64,000 nt of DNA, from NCBI GenBank assembly GCA_041656875.1, contig JBBACR010000001.1:325386-389385 (forward strand), read 5' to 3'. The notes beneath the pieces were generated by a model. That model was not told where the DNA came from, searched no databases, and saw nothing but the letters and a program-made list of their open reading frames with translations. The DNA is from Candidatus Pacearchaeota archaeon. Its GTDB lineage: Archaea > Nanobdellota > Nanobdellia > Pacearchaeales > GW2011-AR1. Both the position numbers and the translations under genes were made by a program. This document shows positions 57,929 through 64,000 of this stretch, piece after piece. Each line of letters opens with the position of its first letter. Position 1 is the stretch's first letter.

Positions 57929-58801
57929 TTAATTACGTTTTCTTTTTTTTGCTGATTCGCGCATTTTTTGTTTCGTTTCGTCTGTTCGTTTTTGACCTCT
58001 CCTAGATTCTGCTGCTTTGTCTATAGATTCTTGCTTTTGTCTTACACCTCTTGTTATACCTACCAATTCACCTGATAAATATCTGGGGTCATCTCGTAAA
58101 ACTTTGTATGTTTTACCTGATGCGTCTTTAACCATTACCATTCCCTTTGATATGTTTACCAATTCCCCCGATAAATATCTAGGATCGTTTTTATCAACTT
58201 GTAATGTACAGCCATTGGCATCTTTAACAGTTACTCTTCCTTTAGCAATACCCACCAATTCGCCAGATAAATATCTTACGTCGTCAGGTAATACAGAAAA
58301 ATAATTGCCATTTGCATCTTTAACACTTATACGTCCTTTAAACATGTGAATTAATTCACCAGATACATATCTTGGATCATTTTTATCAACCATATGATAA
58401 TTATTATCTGAATCTAATGTTGGCACAATGCCTTTTGTTACGCCAACAAAATTCCCAGATAAATACAGTTCGCTGTCTTTACGTAATAACTTCACATTTC
58501 CGTTAGCATCCTTTAGTGATGCTGCACCTGTTGTGTGAAAGCCAACAGATGGAATATGATAGTTTTCATTTAAAGGATCTTCAATCCATTTTGAAATTTC
58601 TTCAGTTTCAAACTTAATAGCATCTTCTCTACAAATAAAGTCATCTTTAATAATTTCCTTTTTTAGTTTTGTTTTGTTAGGTTTCCAAGTTTTCATTGAA
58701 CCTAAATAAGAATCTAGAGTAGGATGAACTTCTGAACTTCTGGAACCTATATAGAATTGTTTAGTTTCTATATGTTCAATTCGATATACATAATGATACA
58801 T
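57929..58801 (-). CDS. GIY-YIG-like endonuclease with ~31-aa repeats and NUMOD3-like tail
   Basis: YVYRI...FYIGSR, YLGSMKTWK; VKDANG...DPRYLSGEL repeats; RTDETKQKMRES; paralog of 37266..38444. Confidence 0.82.
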   Translation of the reverse strand: MYHYVYRIEHIETKQFYIGSRSSEVHPTLDSYLGSMKTWKPNKTKLKKEIIKDDFICREDAIKFETEEISKWIEDPLNENYHIPSVGFHTTGAASLKDANGNVKLLRKDSELYLSGNFVGVTKGIVPTLDSDNNYHMVDKNDPRYVSGELIHMFKGRISVKDANGNYFSVLPDDVRYLSGELVGIAKGRVTVKDANGCTLQVDKNDPRYLSGELVNISKGMVMVKDASGKTYKVLRDDPRYLSGELVGITRGVRQKQESIDKAAESRRGQKRTDETKQKMRESAKKRKRN

Positions 58802-58857
58802 ACATTTAAATATTTTTAATTATTTATATTATATATCAAAATTGATATAGGAATAAA

Positions 58858-58983
58858 TTAAAGTTTAATATAGGAATAAATTAAGTCTGTCGATTCTAAG
58901 ATATGATATTTTAAACCTAAAGAATCAAGCCAACCTGTATAATTTGGCATTTGGTTTGGATGTGCAGGTGCAAGTGCTATCAT
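58858..58983 (-). pseudogene. Remnant N-terminus of a second GATase allele
   Basis: MIALAPAHPNQMPNYTGWLDSLGLKYHILESTDLI aligns ungapped with MIAVAPPHKNQLNNYLEWLEYRQLKYHVLNEDELI of 57292..57912. Confidence 0.85.
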
Positions 58984-59699
58984 ATCTTAGGTGCTAATTT
59001 TCTAAAATCTGTTAATAATAACTTATGTGTTTGTTTGAATCTTGATTCCCAAACCGACCAATCCAATGGCATTTTTTTAATAGCATCAAGATAACAGTTT
59101 GCTGACGAATAATCAACTATTTTACCATGTGTTGCAATTTGAATACCAAATTCAACAATTCTTAAAGAATGAAACAATGATTTTTGTGCAATGTACGTTT
59201 CGCCGTCTGCAAGTTTCTTTTTTGCTTTAACCCATGAATTGCTTGATACTTGTGAAATTGAATGACGGAGTTTTTGCAAATTTAATTCAAATGTGTAATC
59301 GGTCTTTCCTTCAGACATGTGAGCAGGTAAAAAGAAGCATTCAAGTGCTGAAATTTCATGATTATCCAAATCTTTTTGAAAACCTTTTTCATTATAAAAT
59401 GTGAAGTTGTTTCCTAAAATTTCAACAGAATCAATTTTTTCTTCTGGTTGTTCACGAACAACAATAAAGTCAAAATCCGATTCGGATGTGTTACACCCAT
59501 ATACCCGTGAACCATATTGGAATTTTGAAATAACTTTTGGGTTATCTAAACCGGGTTCGCATGTTAATTCTAATTGTGGCGCATCAACTATTGTGTTGAA
59601 TATGAAATCTGCAATTGCAGTTTCAACTGCTGTTTCATTAGCCGCTGGCCTTCTTGCAGCATTCCACAATGCTTGTTTTTGTTCCTTTGTAAATATCAT
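58980..59699 (-). CDS. Nucleotidyltransferase (Pol-beta superfamily)
   Basis: YGSRVYG.....SDFDFIVV; KSLFHSLR. Confidence 0.85.
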   Translation of the reverse strand: MIFTKEQKQALWNAARRPAANETAVETAIADFIFNTIVDAPQLELTCEPGLDNPKVISKFQYGSRVYGCNTSESDFDFIVVREQPEEKIDSVEILGNNFTFYNEKGFQKDLDNHEISALECFFLPAHMSEGKTDYTFELNLQKLRHSISQVSSNSWVKAKKKLADGETYIAQKSLFHSLRIVEFGIQIATHGKIVDYSSANCYLDAIKKMPLDWSVWESRFKQTHKLLLTDFRKLAPKI

Positions 59700-59914
59700 A
59701 ACTCAATGTCCTTTCTTTTTATCATGTAATCTGAAATTTCTTTCTTCGTAATTCTTTTTTCAGATAGCAATTGTTTAATGAATGAATCAAAACAATGTAT
59801 CTGATATTTTCGCAATTCATTTGATAAATTAAGTTTAACACACGTCTTTCTTAATCTGTTGATATCTTTTTGATAAGCAGATCTTGTTTTACTTTCAGAA
59901 TCGTTTTTCATATT

Positions 59915-60370
59915 CTATTTTTCTCTATGTTTATGTAATTCTTTAATACGCTTTTCTTTTTCATTTTGAGTTTCATCATGAACTGCTTGCATTTCAGCGT
60001 CAAGTTTTGTTATAACAGCAATACCGAAAGGCCAACTGTTTATTTTGTTGCAAAGTGTCAGACCATTTTTTTCAGCAAAATCGGCAATTGCATTATCAAT
60101 AACTTCACCTATATGAAAACATGCATTGCTGTTAAAACCGTTTAATGGCAACTGTTTATCAATACTTATTTCGTCAGTATATAAGCAATCAACAGAATAT
60201 TTTTTATCAGGTCCAAATCCTCCCTTTGCAAGATACACGTCAAATTCAACATATACATTTAAAATTTTGCCAGTGTATCTATGAGATAGAGTTCTTGTAT
60301 TTTCAATCTCTGTAAATTTATCAATAAAACCGATACGAATATTCGATTCTTTATATTCTTTATAATCCAT
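59915..60370 (-). CDS. Hypothetical protein
   Basis: 151 aa ORF. Confidence 0.6.
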   Translation of the reverse strand: MDYKEYKESNIRIGFIDKFTEIENTRTLSHRYTGKILNVYVEFDVYLAKGGFGPDKKYSVDCLYTDEISIDKQLPLNGFNSNACFHIGEVIDNAIADFAEKNGLTLCNKINSWPFGIAVITKLDAEMQAVHDETQNEKEKRIKELHKHREK

Positions 60371-60373
60371 GAT

Positions 60374-60955
60374 TTAAAGTATTACATTCCACATTAAGTT
60401 ACAATAATTACAGCATTTGTCAATTTCGCTTTTTCGCATGAATTGCAATAAAGGTCGACCCATGTGTGCAGTTTCTTCCGCAATTTCATCAAGTTCATGA
60501 AATTGTCCACAATCATCACATTTAACTTTAATTGTTGATTTATCAGGCAATAAGTCCATGTAAACGGATCTTGGAACATCTAGCCAAACATCGCCGAAAA
60601 ATTTAACACCTACGTTTACACCGTCTTTGATGTAAAGCATGTCTTTAAAAATTCGAGATTCATCGTATGTAATGATATCTTGATTTGGAAATTTTGCAAT
60701 TAACGCTTCATGAATCTGTTCAATTGTTTGAAATCTTCCAGTTGAACTTCCAATATGCAAACAACAATAGCCATCTTTTCTTTCAAGATATTTTAATTCA
60801 GCTTCATCTGTTATAATACGTTGCAAATCCTCGCCGTGTGAAGTACTCAAAGCATGTATCTTTGGCACATAGTTTTCAATTTCAATGTAACGGCAATAAA
60901 AATGTTCAGCATCGGCGCATTGTCCTTCGAATGTTGATATGTTTCCCACAATCAT
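60374..60955 (-). CDS. Hypothetical protein with C-terminal Zn-binding motif
   Basis: CDDCG ... CC..C. Confidence 0.6.
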   Translation of the reverse strand: MIVGNISTFEGQCADAEHFYCRYIEIENYVPKIHALSTSHGEDLQRIITDEAELKYLERKDGYCCLHIGSSTGRFQTIEQIHEALIAKFPNQDIITYDESRIFKDMLYIKDGVNVGVKFFGDVWLDVPRSVYMDLLPDKSTIKVKCDDCGQFHELDEIAEETAHMGRPLLQFMRKSEIDKCCNYCNLMWNVIL

Positions 60956-61269
60956 TATATTACTGTTTTAGCGTTAATAAACATTTCAACTTGATTGTCA
61001 ACAATCATATGATGTAAATCACTAACATAAAAATGTTGTTGACCAAATAATTCGTTTGTTGCTTTTAGCGTAATTTTATAATCGTCAGCAACTTTATATT
61101 TTGATTCTGTTATTGTTGCAGGAACAATGTAATCAGGATCGTTACTGCTTGTGTGGGGAAAAAACCCAAATGCGGTACGAATAGGTTTCATTGGAACCAT
61201 GAATAAACATTTGTCGATTCCAATTTCAAGAATTTTACTTGTCAAATCGTGTAATTTGTGGTCAGTCAT
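60955..61269 (-). CDS. Hypothetical early protein
   Basis: First ORF after a class I promoter. Confidence 0.65.
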   Translation of the reverse strand: MTDHKLHDLTSKILEIGIDKCLFMVPMKPIRTAFGFFPHTSSNDPDYIVPATITESKYKVADDYKITLKATNELFGQQHFYVSDLHHMIVDNQVEMFINAKTVI

Positions 61270-61293
61270 AATTTTTTAAATTGTTAATTGTTT

Positions 61294-61332
61294 AAAATCA
61301 AATATACAACATTAATGCAGCAATAGCAATGG
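61294..61332 (-). promoter_or_regulatory. Class I host-type promoter
   Basis: Copy of the 39-bp motif. Confidence 0.85.
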
Positions 61333-61339
61333 TTTATGA

Positions 61340-61663
61340 TTAATATTTTGCAGGAAATGTTTTTCCTTTGAAAAACGGAACAATGTACATTTTAGCGTGC
61401 GGTACGTTTTCGTGTTTTCTTTCAAGATCCGATATTGCTTGTTCTGCACTTTCAATTGATTTGTAATTTTTATACTTATAGAATTCACCGGTTGTTTCGT
61501 TTCCGATAACAATTGTGTGCGTAAATAATGCATATTCTGCAAGATCTTTTTTCGATTGTTCTAATCGTTTTTCTTGTTCTTTTTTATCAATTTTGTTTGG
61601 AACTTCATTTGCAATAAATAAAGTTGAATGATTCCATATCATTCTATAAAAATACATGCTCAT
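61340..61663 (-). CDS. Hypothetical protein
   Basis: 107 aa ORF. Confidence 0.6.
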   Translation of the reverse strand: MSMYFYRMIWNHSTLFIANEVPNKIDKKEQEKRLEQSKKDLAEYALFTHTIVIGNETTGEFYKYKNYKSIESAEQAISDLERKHENVPHAKMYIVPFFKGKTFPAKY

Positions 61664-61900
61664 AACTTATGAATTAATGATTTGACTTTTAAAGATATAT
61701 TTACTGTTTAACATTAATGGAGGAAAATAAATTGGCCTTCCGTTTAAATCGGTAATATTTCCAATCGTTAAATAATTAATGTTATCTTGCCAAATTGTTC
61801 CTAAATAAATTTTATCACTTCCAATACTTGGGTGAAATTTGATTTGTTTTTGGTTTTGGTTTTTGCTGATTTTCATAACGATTGTTTTTATCAATTGTTT

Positions 61901-61939
61901 AAAATCAAATATACAACATTAATGAAGCAATAGCAAATA
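61901..61939 (-). promoter_or_regulatory. Class I host-type promoter
   Basis: Copy of the motif with canonical TTTG at -33. Confidence 0.85.
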
Positions 61940-61958
61940 TTTATGATAAAATATAACT

Positions 61959-61992
61959 AAAAAATGCAAGGGCATTTCTACCCTTGCATTTT
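61959..61992. terminator. Terminator downstream of the SPFH gene
   Basis: AAAATGCAAGGG-8 nt-CCCTTGCATTTT perfect 12-bp stem. Confidence 0.85.
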
Positions 61993-62017
61993 ATTTCATA
62001 TTGCAATATGCAATAAT

Positions 62018-62845
62018 TTATTTCACCGGAAATGTTGCAGGCACATTAGCACCTTGAATAAACGTAATTGTTACATTTTTATGATCTTTTAACAATTCAA
62101 CTTGTTCTTTAGTAATTTCAAGTTGTCGAATATGTGTATACTCGGCAATTGTCATTCCCATCTGATTCATGTATGCCTTATCCGCAATTGCTTTATTTAT
62201 TTCCGCTTGTTTACGAGATAATTCAGCTGTTGCTCTGGCATTTTGTGTAAGAACAGATTGATTTTGTGCAGCAGTATTTTTTGTTTCTGTTAATACCTGG
62301 TCTGGTGGCGTTATTGCACCAATTGATACCTTTACTACATCAACAGGCAGGTTTATCGACTTTACGTATGCAACCATGCCATCAAATAATTTTGTTTCAA
62401 TTTGAGTACTTATCATTCGGTTACTTGATAATTCAAACATTTTGTATATACATGATTTGTCACGTACCATTGTTCTGAAAGTCGATTGAACATTATTAAG
62501 ATACCAAGCTATTCCGAAATCCTTATATAATCGTGGAGTTTTACCTGTCTGTATTCTTAATGTTATATATGCGCTAAACGATACTGGCGTATTGTCTGCG
62601 GGAATCATATTTGTAAAATCCTCAGTATACATAACTGGAGTAATAACAAATTCTTGATGGTCGGTTGAAAACATACACCATGTTGAACCTGTATTTATTG
62701 CGTAATCATCGACACCACCATGTCCAAAAATTATAGGTTTATACACTAAAACAGATTCCTGTCCCGGGTCTGGCTTTACTTGATAACAACTTTGAAGAGA
62801 GAAAAGCATGCACGTAGCTGCTAGAATTAAAATTAATTTTTTCAT
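62018..62845 (-). CDS. SPFH/band-7 family membrane (lipo)protein
   Basis: Lipobox-like LQSC, V.PG.E.V, SPFH core, coiled-coil tail. Confidence 0.85.
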   Translation of the reverse strand: MKKLILILAATCMLFSLQSCYQVKPDPGQESVLVYKPIIFGHGGVDDYAINTGSTWCMFSTDHQEFVITPVMYTEDFTNMIPADNTPVSFSAYITLRIQTGKTPRLYKDFGIAWYLNNVQSTFRTMVRDKSCIYKMFELSSNRMISTQIETKLFDGMVAYVKSINLPVDVVKVSIGAITPPDQVLTETKNTAAQNQSVLTQNARATAELSRKQAEINKAIADKAYMNQMGMTIAEYTHIRQLEITKEQVELLKDHKNVTITFIQGANVPATFPVK

Positions 62846-62882
62846 TTGATTAAGATAAGAATAAATTGGTTAATAAACTAAA

Positions 62883-63146
62883 TTAAATTACATTGAATTT
62901 CACACGATACAGTAAGCCTTCAGGTCCTGTTTCTGAGTTATACGGATTTTTCACGATTGCAGTTTGTCCTACTTCGATAGTTTCATCTAAGCCGTAGCAA
63001 TCAATTGCGATATCGCAATCTTCAGTTGCTTTGCCACCTGGTGTGCCATCTTCTTTTTTTGTTGACCAACAGTCAATCATTACGTTTGGTGATTTTTCAA
63101 TAATCGCCGAAATTTTGCGGATAGCCGCGAATCTAAGTTTTGCCAT
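62883..63146 (-). CDS. Hypothetical protein
   Basis: 87 aa ORF. Confidence 0.6.
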   Translation of the reverse strand: MAKLRFAAIRKISAIIEKSPNVMIDCWSTKKEDGTPGGKATEDCDIAIDCYGLDETIEVGQTAIVKNPYNSETGPEGLLYRVKFNVI

Positions 63147-63367
63147 TTTGTTTTATTTAAAGATTAATTTTTACTTACTGTTAGGTTTTATTCTACGGTT
63201 TAACAACTTAATATCCGTATTTAGACTATTGAGAACTGCAGCAATACCGTTTTTAAACATATCTTCATCAGGTTTTTCTGACAAGAAAGCTTGAAAATAA
63301 TCTAAGCTTTTCTTCAATTCGATAACGTCATCAATGTATTGTTGTTTTAATGTTTTCTCTGGCATGA

Positions 63368-63634
63368 TTAAGATTTGAAAGGTTGAATTATGTATCCTGT
63401 ATAATCCGAGCAATTATCTTCTGGATTGTTATATTTTACTAATGTTGTCCATTCATCGTCCCCATTGTCATTAATTATAATGTCGTTATAATCAAACATG
63501 CAACCGTCGGCCCATGTTTCAGCATCGGCTTCAGTATAAAACTTTTGTTTAACAACAGTTTCATTATCACAACAATCATAAAATACAACTTCGAAAAGTG
63601 AAGTATCGGTATCATTTATCAATTGCTCTGCCAT
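63368..63634 (-). CDS. Very acidic small early protein
   Basis: 88 aa, D/E-rich, first ORF after a class I promoter. Confidence 0.65.
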   Translation of the reverse strand: MAEQLINDTDTSLFEVVFYDCCDNETVVKQKFYTEADAETWADGCMFDYNDIIINDNGDDEWTTLVKYNNPEDNCSDYTGYIIQPFKS

Positions 63635-63654
63635 AATTTGTTTGTTTAATTAAT

Positions 63655-63693
63655 AAAATCAAATATACAACATTAATTAAGCAATAGCAATAG
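63655..63693 (-). promoter_or_regulatory. Class I host-type promoter
   Basis: Copy of the 39-bp motif. Confidence 0.85.
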
Positions 63694-63707
63694 AAATGCA
63701 ATATATT

Positions 63708-63968
63708 TTATGGAAGTACTTCTATTTCTCTAACGTACCAGTCTTCATAAGAACCGAATACATTTGGATTTTCAGCAGTAAATTCAGGATCCATTAGTTT
63801 ACATTGATTATCAAATTCCAAAAACTTTTTATACTCTTCAGCTTTATGTTCTTCCATTGCTTTAATAGCACCTGCTTCTGAAAAATGAATACTTACAGTT
63901 CCACCAACACTTTCGCATGTATCTGAATTATAGCAAAATTCGTACAATATTGTTTTTTCAGTCATCAA
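63708..63968 (-). CDS. Hypothetical protein
   Basis: 86 aa; start uncertain. Confidence 0.55.
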   Translation of the reverse strand: MMTEKTILYEFCYNSDTCESVGGTVSIHFSEAGAIKAMEEHKAEEYKKFLEFDNQCKLMDPEFTAENPNVFGSYEDWYVREIEVLP

Positions 63969-64000
63969 GCATTATTTTTAAGTTAAGTAATTCAATTTTT

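Noticed and set aside
9569..63693. 39-bp repeated motif as CRISPR repeats or attC-like sites
   Set aside because: Copies are dispersed kilobases apart, not palindromic, always upstream of start codons, and match the Bacteroidota promoter consensus
1..64000. Stop-codon reassignment as in some Bacteroidota phages
   Set aside because: Conserved genes are full-length in the standard code, coding density is high, and TAG and TGA both end genes at sensible positions

Overview
AT-rich, densely coded 64 kb segment of a large (probably jumbo, T4-like) phage genome in the standard genetic code. The host is very likely in Bacteroidota: there are 12 copies of a TTG-N20-TAnnTTTG (-33/-7) promoter, a T9SS-sorted protein and a BT4734/VirE-N protein. 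No capsid, tail, tRNA or CRISPR genes were recognised. Recognisable genes include thyX, a DinG-like helicase, a truncated PPDK, coaE, a GMP reductase/IMPDH-family gene split by a naturally split intein with an intervening endonuclease, an RNA-repair cluster (Pth2, HD-kinase, HNH-RNA ligase), Sir2, ADP-ribosylglycohydrolase, a double GT25 and several free-standing homing-type endonucleases. The main observation is that 16 otherwise unrelated proteins in four clusters share an N-terminal leader, M-x-x-R-I-P-(T/S/N/A)-(F/L/I)-(D/E)-x-(F/Y/H)-x-x-E, with one more internal copy and two degenerate variants. The leader resembles the T4 capsid-targeting sequence. The tagged proteins include three different ADP-ribosyltransferase-like folds, a zincin, a papain-like fold, an esterase and ParB-like domains, and the clusters follow a late-type promoter. 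The inference is an addressed arsenal of packaged, injected effectors. Three distinct promoter classes can be read directly from the sequence. All protein family calls come from visual motif recognition, not database searches.
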